From a virus (Duplodnaviria > Caudoviricetes), in the IMG/VR virus record IMGVR_UViG_3300032007_000010: DNA of 64,000 nt; one strand, 5' to 3'. The notes under the pieces were generated by a model. It saw nothing but the letters and a program-made list of their open reading frames with translations. It was not told where the DNA came from and did not search any database. Below, one piece after another: positions 9,879 through 19,004 of the stretch. Position 1 is the stretch's first letter; each line of letters begins with the position of its first letter. The position numbers and the translations under genes are program-made.

Positions 9879-10574
9879 TTGGAGAACAGAGAGCCGCTGG
9901 ATATCCGGACGATCAATCTGGAGGGATTCACTCTCATATGTCCAAGATGCTGGCATACGGTACATGTCGACGTTACCGGTTATATGCATTTCGATGGTCC
10001 TGTCATTGCTCCGCTTCCCGAGAGGATGATGGTACATGCGTGCTGTCCAATTTGCTACAACTCCCCGGATGTGGATCAGGAAGATAAGGATGACGATATG
10101 TTTACCTGCGACGATAAGCTGGTTCCTTACATCGTATCCCTTAATAAGGCTGGTTATCGAACCCAGTTCTGTTGCCAGGGTCATATCGAGGTATCTGATG
10201 TTGCCTATGGGATCAGTCGTCCTTATGTTATCTTCCAGGACAGTGTGAAGCATATGAAGCAAATATACTCTATAACCAAAAAGTATATTAACGATTGGCT
10301 GCACGATAGCACCGGTCTCATCGTTGAAATAGATGGAACATCCATCACGCGCAATATCGTAAATCTGAGCATCGGTAAACTTCCCGACAAGATGTCTAGC
10401 ATCAAACGTGGCACCAGACTATATATCGGAGCTGGATCCGAGGAGCTGTACGAGGATTATCAGAGAAGATTTCCTTCGCTCACCGAGCACACGATTAGCA
10501 AAATGGTCTGCGATCGAATGCAGCGTATATTCTTCGGATACCTTGATCATCTCATCACAGAACTTGGCATCTGA
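9879..10574 (+). CDS. Zn-ribbon plus TYW3-like motif protein
   Basis: CPRC…CCPIC; DDKLVPYIVSLNKAGYRTQFCCQGH resembles the TYW3 D..I..L...IN….TTSSCSGR pattern; function uncertain. Confidence 0.55.
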   Translation: MENREPLDIRTINLEGFTLICPRCWHTVHVDVTGYMHFDGPVIAPLPERMMVHACCPICYNSPDVDQEDKDDDMFTCDDKLVPYIVSLNKAGYRTQFCCQGHIEVSDVAYGISRPYVIFQDSVKHMKQIYSITKKYINDWLHDSTGLIVEIDGTSITRNIVNLSIGKLPDKMSSIKRGTRLYIGAGSEELYEDYQRRFPSLTEHTISKMVCDRMQRIFFGYLDHLITELGI

Positions 10575-10603
10575 ATGTACATATTGGCTATGATGGTCAG
10601 AGT

Positions 10604-10635
10604 AAAAAGAGAACAGCCGAAGCTATTCTCTTTTT
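10604..10635. terminator. Bidirectional intrinsic terminator
   Basis: AAAAAGAGAACAGC-cgaa-GCTATTCTCTTTTT between convergent genes. Confidence 0.85.
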
Positions 10636-10638
10636 CGT

Positions 10639-10926
10639 TCAGTGGCTGTAGTTGTCAAGACCATCGGTCTCGCGGATGGCCTCGTTTTCTGTCTTGTAGA
10701 CCTTTGTCGGATGGAGCTTCTCTCCGATCCAATCAATGACCTTGAAGGTCCATTCGACGATCTTCATATAGATGGTGATGTAGCCGACGATGATGCAGGC
10801 GACGATAAAGATCGTGGACATAACATCGCAGACCTTCTCCCAGGTGGACATGGTGTTCCAGTACTTCTTGGCTGCGGCCTGGACCTCGAGCCCGTAGGTA
10901 ATCTTGGCTTCTCTGTTCTTTTTCAT
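10639..10926 (-). CDS. Small membrane protein (95 aa, start at 10926)
   Basis: GAGGAG RBS; single TM helix. Confidence 0.7.
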   Translation of the reverse strand: MKKNREAKITYGLEVQAAAKKYWNTMSTWEKVCDVMSTIFIVACIIVGYITIYMKIVEWTFKVIDWIGEKLHPTKVYKTENEAIRETDGLDNYSH

Positions 10927-10939
10927 TGGTGGTCTCCTC

Positions 10940-11026
10940 GATCCGTTGATCAGGCGGATCATGACGGTCTCTATTGCTACCCGACCGTCAGGGTATGATT
11001 TTCGAAGACATGATTTGCGGTCTTCA
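10940..11026 (-). promoter_or_regulatory. Structured 5' leader with H-type pseudoknot
   Basis: UACCC/GGGUA stem, loop UGACGGUC pairs downstream GACCGUCA; flanking hairpins. Confidence 0.6.
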
Positions 11027-11029
11027 CTT

Positions 11030-11041
11030 CTATAGTATCTA
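11030..11041 (-). promoter_or_regulatory. Class I promoter variant TAGATACTATAG
   Basis: Followed by N3-TGA like other copies. Confidence 0.6.
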
Positions 11042-11087
11042 TTCATAAGAACACACAAAAACGGATTTCCAGATTCAATTTCACGAC

Positions 11088-11099
11088 GACATTATTATA
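11088..11099 (+). promoter_or_regulatory. Class II promoter variant GACA-TTAT-TATA
   Basis: Motif upstream of AGGAG RBS. Confidence 0.55.
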
Positions 11100-11122
11100 G
11101 TTTCAGAGATCAACACAGGAGA

Positions 11123-12316
11123 TTGATGAGCATGGCAGTTGAAGGTTCCATGGCGAAATTCCTGGTGGGACGGTCACGTATCAAGTATGCCGTGCTCGAT
11201 CAGCTATTTCGCCCTATACATATTCCCCAGGATCGGATGGTCATGTATATCGACATGAGCTCCATCCTTCATCGGCTCTACCGCAAGGGAGACCTGGACA
11301 TGATCTACAGCGTTTCGCCCGAAATCGTAACCAAGGATCTCGTGCTTTCCATATTGAACACCGTCGGTCACTACCGTCGCTACATCATGACACGGCTCGG
11401 ATTGACCAACGATATCATCATGATCTACAATCGGCGAGTTCCTGATTTCCAGGGACTGTTGTTCCCCAAATATCGCAGCAAGTGGTACGACGTGATTGAT
11501 CCGAAGAATCCGGAATTCGGTCCGCTGACCCAGGTGGTGGAGACTGCCTATGGGTTCATTGAGAGCATTGTCCCCTACTTCGAGGGTATCTACTGCATGG
11601 ATGCCCAGGGTGTGGATGATTACACCGTAATTCAGCATCTGAAGAATTCTAAGTACTACGGTGAGGGTTGGTATCATCTGATATTCAGTCGCAATGTTCT
11701 TCCAACCCAGCTCGTCGGACCCGATTGTTCGGTGCTCTACAACAAACGAGACGATTCGTATCTAATCTCAAACTTCAATCTATACACAGATGGGCTTCTC
11801 AGGGGCCGTAAAACGGGGGCCAGTGAGAATCTCAGTGCGAATTTGCTTCCATTCATATGGTGCATGGGTGGTTGCTCTGACATAGAGCTGAAACACACAA
11901 AATACTCATCCGGCATAAGTGACATGGTGAAGAAGCTCAATCCGCTCGTTGACCAGGGGCTCATCAGAAATGACATGTCGATCCAGGCCTTTCTCAAGGA
12001 GCTATCCAACCACATGCCCGATCACAAGACGGAACTGCGCAGTCTCCCGGAGGAACTCATCAATCGCCATCGCATTGTCGATCTGAGCCTGTCGGCCAGG
12101 GCCATGACCCAATCCCAGGAGATCGACCTCTGGAAGAATCATGTCGATCTCTTCGACCAAAATGCACTCGAAGATATCAACGAACGTCTCATGGACATAG
12201 ATAGCGACGGCGAGATCATAGACATCGATAATCTCAACATGTCCAACCCCTGCGGTGAATTCCGTGACAGCACCCTCGGTTTTGGAGACTATTTCATATC
12301 CAACTTTTCATTCTGA
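11123..12316 (+). CDS. Hypothetical protein, possibly degenerate 5'-3' exonuclease/PIN fold
   Basis: MYIDMSS, YRSKW, GVDD and IFSRN…QLV echo the FEN/T4 RNase H layout, but several acidic residues are missing. Confidence 0.5.
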   Translation: MMSMAVEGSMAKFLVGRSRIKYAVLDQLFRPIHIPQDRMVMYIDMSSILHRLYRKGDLDMIYSVSPEIVTKDLVLSILNTVGHYRRYIMTRLGLTNDIIMIYNRRVPDFQGLLFPKYRSKWYDVIDPKNPEFGPLTQVVETAYGFIESIVPYFEGIYCMDAQGVDDYTVIQHLKNSKYYGEGWYHLIFSRNVLPTQLVGPDCSVLYNKRDDSYLISNFNLYTDGLLRGRKTGASENLSANLLPFIWCMGGCSDIELKHTKYSSGISDMVKKLNPLVDQGLIRNDMSIQAFLKELSNHMPDHKTELRSLPEELINRHRIVDLSLSARAMTQSQEIDLWKNHVDLFDQNALEDINERLMDIDSDGEIIDIDNLNMSNPCGEFRDSTLGFGDYFISNFSF

Positions 12317-12335
12317 TCATAGGAGGTGATCTTCG

Positions 12336-13574
12336 ATGCCACAGGAAATCTACACATACAGCTATGACGTGAAGAACATGGTCTTCACCATTGGAAACAA
12401 AGAGTACGCGTTTCCGAACGGGAGCGTGGCACGCTTTAGCATAAAGCATGACTATCGGAATCGGAGACTTCCCATCATTCGCATGATTCTCGAAATGGAT
12501 CGATATATGATACAGAGGATCTATGAAAACAAGGATACCGGGAAGGTGACCTTTGATCTCTATGAGTATCAATACAACTCCGATCATGCGGTAATCAATA
12601 CCCAACTATATTGGCAACACTCGTTCCGCTACATTCCGGCAAGGGATCAGACGGAGTACATCACCGCCACCGATGCCACCAGCGAAGTAAACATCGACGA
12701 CATGCGAGATCCGCAGCCCATGGATCTGTTTCTCATAGACATGGATGCGGTCAAGTGGTTTACCCAGAAGCTGAGCGAGACATTTCGAGACACATCCAAG
12801 GCGGCCATCATTCAGAGTCTGTTGCAACTGAGAAACATTCCGAGCGGAATTACGATCGCAACTCCTCCGAAGGATAACAAGGTAATGGATCAGGTGATTG
12901 TTCCGATGGGTGATCTCATCGATAATATCGGGACCATCAATCGTGGATATGGGCTCTGGTCAAGTTACCCGTATATCTATTATGACCTGTTGAATCTGTA
13001 CATCATCGATCGCATCAAACCGAACCTTGTCCTTCCCAAGGCCAAGGACTATGGAAACGTTGTGTTGCTACTGGCAAATCCGACAAAGACCGAGTATCAG
13101 GTCAATGGAAGCTTCGATGATGTAACATCCAGAACTCACTATATAAATCTCACGGTGGAACCAACAATCACCGACTACACCACGGAGATAGGAAGCACTA
13201 AATTTGGAACCGTGGTCAGCGTCAACGGTGAGGGCGATGTGAACAAGACCACCACGGTTCAAAACTCAACGGCGTCGAACTATGTGTATGCATACAGTGA
13301 TCAGACCGAGACCCAGGTCATCAACGAGGCCATGTATGGTCCGACGGTGCATGTGTATGCACAGAACTGTCGGATTAGCACGATCAAACCCTACAAGATC
13401 TTCAGCTTCCAGGTAGACACCCAATACTACAATCTCAACATCGGAAAGGATGACACCTATAGATTGTTGGGTTGGAGTGTTGTGATGGAGCGAGAGGGTC
13501 GCGGAGAGAACAGCAGATATACACACAAGATCGAGATGGACCTACAAAATCCTAACTATAGAGAAAAGACATGA
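12336..13574 (+). CDS. Putative virion (baseplate hub-like) protein
   Basis: AGGAGGT RBS; beta-rich Y/T/N composition; late-like operon. Confidence 0.5.
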   Translation: MPQEIYTYSYDVKNMVFTIGNKEYAFPNGSVARFSIKHDYRNRRLPIIRMILEMDRYMIQRIYENKDTGKVTFDLYEYQYNSDHAVINTQLYWQHSFRYIPARDQTEYITATDATSEVNIDDMRDPQPMDLFLIDMDAVKWFTQKLSETFRDTSKAAIIQSLLQLRNIPSGITIATPPKDNKVMDQVIVPMGDLIDNIGTINRGYGLWSSYPYIYYDLLNLYIIDRIKPNLVLPKAKDYGNVVLLLANPTKTEYQVNGSFDDVTSRTHYINLTVEPTITDYTTEIGSTKFGTVVSVNGEGDVNKTTTVQNSTASNYVYAYSDQTETQVINEAMYGPTVHVYAQNCRISTIKPYKIFSFQVDTQYYNLNIGKDDTYRLLGWSVVMEREGRGENSRYTHKIEMDLQNPNYREKT

Positions 13575-13577
13575 GAA

Positions 13578-13603
13578 AACTCCCCGGGACATCCCGGGGA
13601 GTT
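13578..13603. terminator. Hairpin between convergent operons
   Basis: AACTCCCCGGGA-ca-TCCCGGGGAGTT. Confidence 0.8.
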
Positions 13604-13657
13604 GATTTTATTTCGGAATCCATCTCGATTGGGCCTCGGTGCTGTTGATATCCGAGT

Positions 13658-14686
13658 TCATGCTTTGATCTTCGGTGCAGCCTTCTGTGGTGCTTTGCCC
13701 TTTGGTACGATTCTCGGATTTACCGCGGTGAAGAGCTTGGTCCTCACGAGGATTTCATTGATGAGATTTGTGTCCTCTGCAATCTTGTCGCCGTAGACTT
13801 CGATGGTGGTACGATACGCAGAGGCATAGATCTTGATGAAACCGTCCACAAGTCGTGTTGTCTCCACACTGATGGTGGAGAAACGTTCCTTGTCTGCGGA
13901 ATTGAGTTCTCTCAACCTCGGGTCGCGAATCTCATCGATCTTCCAGGGAGAAGCATCGTAGCCGACCTGACGGAGCTCATCGATGACCTCGGTCTTGAGA
14001 TGCTCATACATATCATTCACCGCAGCTCTGATCATCCCGATGCGTTTCCGCATGGTCTTGATGCCCACAAGAGCTCTGATCTTTAGTGCGACCTGATCCT
14101 GACCGAGCACCTTGACAATTTCACGTCCCTGGAGCTCGTCGCGCATGATATCGGAGACACTATCGGCGATGGCCTGCGGATCAACCACACCACCGGTAAC
14201 CTCTTCTCCGAACTTGGAAATAAGATCATCCACCATGACCCGAACATCGGCCGCATTCGACGATGTATTCACTTTCATATAATCCAATGCTTCCTTCGGA
14301 GAATATATCCTCGGAAACTTCGAATCAAAAAGATGCTCATATCGATAGGTCTTATAGGCGATCGGATCTCCGATGTCCTTATACCGTTCGGCGATGATCT
14401 CCCCATATCGCTCGAGCAGTGTGACCTTGTTGATCACATAGTTATTGAAGCAGCTCGTCAACGTGTCACACATGGAATCGAGAAACTTTTTGGCTCGCTC
14501 GAGGTATTCGATGAGTGTGGTATACGTATACCGATTGGCGGTGGTGATGACATATCGAGTATCGTCACCGGCTCCCTCGTCGAGGGCATCATAGCAGGAT
14601 TCGATGAGGTCAATGCATTCGAAATTGCTCGATGTTTCGGCCATATCATAGAGGAAGGATAATCTCTTCGACATGCGATTCACCAT
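13658..14686 (-). CDS. Putative internal head protein (paralog family)
   Basis: LIES/LDEG motifs followed by an amphipathic helix; basic C-terminal tail; start may be 14674. Confidence 0.6.
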   Translation of the reverse strand: MVNRMSKRLSFLYDMAETSSNFECIDLIESCYDALDEGAGDDTRYVITTANRYTYTTLIEYLERAKKFLDSMCDTLTSCFNNYVINKVTLLERYGEIIAERYKDIGDPIAYKTYRYEHLFDSKFPRIYSPKEALDYMKVNTSSNAADVRVMVDDLISKFGEEVTGGVVDPQAIADSVSDIMRDELQGREIVKVLGQDQVALKIRALVGIKTMRKRIGMIRAAVNDMYEHLKTEVIDELRQVGYDASPWKIDEIRDPRLRELNSADKERFSTISVETTRLVDGFIKIYASAYRTTIEVYGDKIAEDTNLINEILVRTKLFTAVNPRIVPKGKAPQKAAPKIKA

Positions 14687-14695
14687 CCTCCGGAT

Positions 14696-16291
14696 TTATT
14701 TGTCCTCGGAATCGTTGTAGTAACCCTTGGCCCCAACGAGCACCGACTTGACCTTATCATCGACAACGGTAATGCCGATCTGTTTCTTAGCATCGACGCC
14801 GCCCCGATCTTTGTCGCTCTCATGCTCGAGATTGAGGAGCTTATTGACGTCCTCGGAAGACATGCCGATGAGCTCTTTGCCGCGATAGCTAACCTTCTGA
14901 CCGAAGCATTCGACGGCGTTGGCCTTCTCTGCCTCATAGTAGACGTGGAATGTGCCATAGTTGTCGGTGTTGGATTTCGACGCCCTGGTCTTCTTGAACT
15001 CACCCTCCTTGTCGGAGAAGATGGTTGCGATCTCTTCGCGGCTCATTCCAAACTTGATGGGTCCGACAGATTTGCCGGGGCGGATGGGCCACACACCATC
15101 CTTCTTGAAGAAGGCCTCATCGAGGAGATTGTACTCCGCGTTCTCGTCGATCATCTCGGCAGCTTCCTGGACAGGCTTGAGCTCACTGTCTTCCACGTCG
15201 ATGACCTTGCCGGATTCTTTGGCATGGATATCCACATTGGCGCAAAAATCATTGACACGCCCAAGGTCATAGGTGCAGAGCTGCGCCTGGCTGATGATAA
15301 CACATGCGGAAGAGTTGAGACCGGTGGTGAGCACAGAGATCATCTTGGAAATGTCGCGTGCAATCTTTCCCATGAGTTCATTCTTCGCCGGAGCAGTCTG
15401 ATCCTCCGGGCTCTGCTCTTCGGCATACTTATCGAGCGCCACCTTGAGGTCCTCGAAATCATTCTTGAGCTTGCCCACATTGGTGGAAGCTTCACCCATC
15501 ATCTTCTTGAGGTCCTCGATGGTTTTTGCGGGATTCGGAACCGCCTTGAGAATGTTCTCGAGTGTCTCCTGACGATCTTTTGTATCGTCACCGTTGAAGC
15601 AGGATTTGTATACCCGCTCGCGCAGATCGGTGGCGTCTTCGACATCTTCTCCGACACCATACGCCTTGCCGAGACCGCTGATCCATCCTTCGGTGGCGGC
15701 AACAATCTGATCGCTGAGCGCAGCCATGTAGGAGGATTCACCGGCGGACTGGGTCACGTTGCCGATGATCTTGATCAGTTTCATCATCACCTGCACGTAT
15801 GTCTTCATGCGCGAGGCAACGCTGGAGTTGGCCTTGCGCGCTTTGGTGGTCAGGGCTTCGATGTTCCAATCGTGCCAGGTGAATTCCTTATTCTTCATCT
15901 TCGGATCAGTCACCACCGCCTTGTAGTTGGCTGACTTGGTGAACCGATCCTTGAGTTTTGTCAGATAGTCCGTGAACTTCTTCCAGAGTCCGGCGATGAA
16001 CTTGATTGCGCGATCGATGAGCCCACGAATGGTGCCAAGGATTCCCTTGCCGACCGCCTCCTGGAGAGCTTCGAGGTTCTCAGGATTCGTGGTGGCGCAG
16101 GTGATCTGCATGGCTTCAGCCTCGGTGACATACTGTTCGACGAGCACGGCTTCGGCGAGAACTTGTTCATTGACCATGCTGAACGTTTCCACCAACGACA
16201 ACCCAGGAAAGACATCTCTGGCATCGTCGGTGACAACGGCCTCGTTGACCGCATAGTTTGTAATATTCTGAAGAGTTGTGATGCTAAGCAT
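14696..16291 (-). CDS. Putative internal head protein with appended C-terminal globular domain
   Basis: VNEA, LAEA, VTEA, LQEA, VQEA, LDEA motifs; helical core. Confidence 0.65.
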   Translation of the reverse strand: MLSITTLQNITNYAVNEAVVTDDARDVFPGLSLVETFSMVNEQVLAEAVLVEQYVTEAEAMQITCATTNPENLEALQEAVGKGILGTIRGLIDRAIKFIAGLWKKFTDYLTKLKDRFTKSANYKAVVTDPKMKNKEFTWHDWNIEALTTKARKANSSVASRMKTYVQVMMKLIKIIGNVTQSAGESSYMAALSDQIVAATEGWISGLGKAYGVGEDVEDATDLRERVYKSCFNGDDTKDRQETLENILKAVPNPAKTIEDLKKMMGEASTNVGKLKNDFEDLKVALDKYAEEQSPEDQTAPAKNELMGKIARDISKMISVLTTGLNSSACVIISQAQLCTYDLGRVNDFCANVDIHAKESGKVIDVEDSELKPVQEAAEMIDENAEYNLLDEAFFKKDGVWPIRPGKSVGPIKFGMSREEIATIFSDKEGEFKKTRASKSNTDNYGTFHVYYEAEKANAVECFGQKVSYRGKELIGMSSEDVNKLLNLEHESDKDRGGVDAKKQIGITVVDDKVKSVLVGAKGYYNDSEDK

Positions 16292-16317
16292 AGTTAAATC
16301 ACCCCGATTTGCCAGTT

Positions 16318-17526
16318 TTAATAGGCCACTGTTCCGCCAGAGTTGGCGGTGCGATTGGCCTGCCTAGTCTGTTGTTCTTTTTCACGCTGTGCACGCCTCT
16401 GTTCTCGTTCGGCCTTCTTCCGTTCGGCCATATCGGGATCCCGATAGCGAACAAACTCAGCAATCGCTTGGCTATAGTCGGCGAGGCACTTGTTGCAGAT
16501 AGAGTTGCGCACGGCGTTTACTTGATTGATTACCTGTATCTGGAGAGAAAAACGATCCTGAAAAGCATTGGTCTTCTGGGCCACGGCGGCCTGATCATCG
16601 ACGGCCGGCCGCCCATCCATGGTGGTGGACTGTGCCGCCTGGGCTTGTACCTGCTCAGCCTCTTTGGCCACACGATCGATGTTGGCTAGTTCTTTGGTGT
16701 ATACCTCTGAGATTGAGGTAAATACCTCGGGGATCTCCTTGATGGCTGACACCATCGCATCAACATTGAGACGATTGTCGTCGTAGGAACGAACAGTCTC
16801 ATTGGCGTCGCTGATGCACTTCTTGTAAACACCATCAACGATGTGCTGAAGCTCGGTCACCTTGGACGGATCATCGAGGTTCAGATCCTTTGCATATTGC
16901 TGCAATTTACTGATACGATCCTGGTCGGTTTCTTCGTCATTCTCGGGCGCCGAAATCGATTTTACGTTGGCCACGTAGCTATCCTTGGCTTTGATCAGGT
17001 CATCGAGAATATGCTGGAGAGCCATGTCGGCTTCTCCGCCCTTCTTCATGTAATCCAGATCGTATATGGGCATGGCCTGGGAGGTTGTGCGTTTCATCGC
17101 ATCGCGATACTTCTTCACATCCGCCACCTTCGGCTCAACGATCTTGATCCACTCAGCATACTGACCACGAGCAAGGGTGCTACGTTCTCTCGCCTTGGTG
17201 ATGATGCCATTGACAAACTTCTTGACGCCATCGATGAATCGATGCCATGCCTGGATGGCGGTATCCTTTGCGGCCTCAAAGAGCAGTTCTGCGTTATCAT
17301 TGCCCATGATCACCGCCTCGCTCATGAGTTGATGGGCGCCAACCCGGAAGTGAGTACGATCAACCATCTCCGTGAGCAAATACTGTTGGAAATGGTTGAT
17401 CGATTCACCTAGGCTCATGCAACCGAAGTCATATGCTTCGGAAATAGACGGAGCCTCCGGATCGACGTTCAACCGAATATCATTGGCCGCGAGGACCAAC
17501 TCATTCAATCGAAAGATGTCGATCAT
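16318..17526 (-). CDS. Putative internal head protein (paralog family)
   Basis: ISEA, LGES, MSEA, LFEA then AWHRFIDGVKKF amphipathic helix. Confidence 0.65.
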   Translation of the reverse strand: MIDIFRLNELVLAANDIRLNVDPEAPSISEAYDFGCMSLGESINHFQQYLLTEMVDRTHFRVGAHQLMSEAVIMGNDNAELLFEAAKDTAIQAWHRFIDGVKKFVNGIITKARERSTLARGQYAEWIKIVEPKVADVKKYRDAMKRTTSQAMPIYDLDYMKKGGEADMALQHILDDLIKAKDSYVANVKSISAPENDEETDQDRISKLQQYAKDLNLDDPSKVTELQHIVDGVYKKCISDANETVRSYDDNRLNVDAMVSAIKEIPEVFTSISEVYTKELANIDRVAKEAEQVQAQAAQSTTMDGRPAVDDQAAVAQKTNAFQDRFSLQIQVINQVNAVRNSICNKCLADYSQAIAEFVRYRDPDMAERKKAEREQRRAQREKEQQTRQANRTANSGGTVAY

Positions 17527-17550
17527 TTGGATGCCCTCGCTTTCCGTGAA

Positions 17551-18855
17551 TTAGGCCTCGGGCTCTTCGGAACCGCCCTGATTCTTGAGCGCATCATCGA
17601 CCTGGGCGCTGACCTTTTCCTTGGTCTCTTTGCTCGCGGCCTTCTCTGCCTTGGCGGCTTCCTTGGCATTGGCCTTCTCGGTCTTTGCGGCAGCCGCAGC
17701 TTCCTTGCCCTGACCTTTGAGAATGCCACGGAGAATCTTGGCACTGGCGGCATAGCGCTCATTGATGTACGCGACATGCAGCTTATTGACCTTGTTCACC
17801 GCGTTGATGACGCCGGTATACCAGCGCATGTACACGTTGAGGCAGTCGATCATGTCGGAGTTGCTCGCGGCTTCCTTCTCGCCGGCCTCGGCGGCCTGGA
17901 CATCGGAATCATCGGCTTCCTTGACAGATTCGACCGCCTTGGTGAAGTCGAGTTCGGTCTTCTGGAGCTGACGAACCACGCCGTCATAGGTCTTCTGGAT
18001 CGAAGCGAGCTCTTTCTGATCCTTGATGATGGCTTCGATCTGGTTGAAGTGCAGATCCTTGTTGAAGGTGAAGGTCTTTTCCTCACCGAAGATCGCCTGG
18101 CGCAGATTGAGCTCCCAGTTGACCTGAGTCAGATCCACACCGGCACTGTCGGCGAGCAGGAGCGCAGCGGTGTAGCCCTCGATGTCGGACGGTTTCACCT
18201 TGGCGCCAGCTTCCTTGATCTTCTCGGCGTTATCCTTGGACAGGAAGAAATCGAGGAGACCGGAGGCGGGGGTGCTGCCGAAATACTCGGTGCCGGAGAT
18301 GGCATCGGAGAAGAGCTCGTCGATGCTCTCGGAGGTGCCGGTATTCTTGAAGTACTTATTCGCATCATCAAAGAGACCGGCGCGCACGGTGACATCGAAG
18401 TTGCCCTGATAGGACTTGTAGATGTCGATGTTCTGGCGGCTCAGAAGCTGCTCGGTGGTGCCCTTGATCATCAGATAGCGGTCCTTGATCCAGTTCACAA
18501 TGGCCATGGCAGCCTTCTTCATGACCTCCCAGGCGTGGTTCGCGATCTCCTTGAGCTTTTCGCCGGCAGACTCGTAGATAGGAACATAGTTGGCCTCGGT
18601 CTTGGTGCTGATGGCGTTAACCGCAGCCTCCACGAGAGCCTCGTTGGTCTGACCCTCCGAACGATAGAGCTCGATCTGGGTCTCGAGAATCGTCGTGGTC
18701 AGCAGAGACATGCTCTCGTTCAGAGAGAGATTGGGGAAGGGGTTCTCATAGGAAACATTCTCCAGCAGAGACGTCTCCTCGACGGGCTTTTCCCGAGAAG
18801 CGATGTATCCCTTGGAAGCTTCAGAGAGAACCACCAACTTATCAAAACTGATCAT
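17551..18855 (-). CDS. Putative internal head protein (434 aa, start 18855)
   Basis: GGAGGT RBS; LSEA, LNES, LVEA, IYES; AK-rich tail; strong codon bias. Confidence 0.7.
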   Translation of the reverse strand: MISFDKLVVLSEASKGYIASREKPVEETSLLENVSYENPFPNLSLNESMSLLTTTILETQIELYRSEGQTNEALVEAAVNAISTKTEANYVPIYESAGEKLKEIANHAWEVMKKAAMAIVNWIKDRYLMIKGTTEQLLSRQNIDIYKSYQGNFDVTVRAGLFDDANKYFKNTGTSESIDELFSDAISGTEYFGSTPASGLLDFFLSKDNAEKIKEAGAKVKPSDIEGYTAALLLADSAGVDLTQVNWELNLRQAIFGEEKTFTFNKDLHFNQIEAIIKDQKELASIQKTYDGVVRQLQKTELDFTKAVESVKEADDSDVQAAEAGEKEAASNSDMIDCLNVYMRWYTGVINAVNKVNKLHVAYINERYAASAKILRGILKGQGKEAAAAAKTEKANAKEAAKAEKAASKETKEKVSAQVDDALKNQGGSEEPEA

Positions 18856-18906
18856 GTTGAAAGTACCTCCAATCGTACAGTATTGGTTTTCATGAAAATC
18901 AAAGCT

Positions 18907-18993
18907 GGGTATTGGGTAAGATGCCGGAGATGAGGGTAACATCCCCGGCGATAGGGTATTATAGTTTTGTTTTGGGTAGCCCAGGGTGGGCTA
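18907..18993 (-). repeat. GGGTA (TACCC) pentamer array, four copies at exact 20-bp spacing
   Basis: GGGTA at 18914, 18934, 18954, 18974, plus 18907 and GGGTG at 18984. Confidence 0.6.
18960..18971 (-). promoter_or_regulatory. Class II promoter AACA-AAAC-TATA
   Basis: Exact motif upstream of head-protein operon. Confidence 0.7.
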
Positions 18994-19004
18994 TTCCACA
19001 AGGT

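Noticed and set aside
11048-11060. AGAACACACAAAA also present at ~43361
   Set aside because: Only two low-complexity copies in different positions relative to promoters
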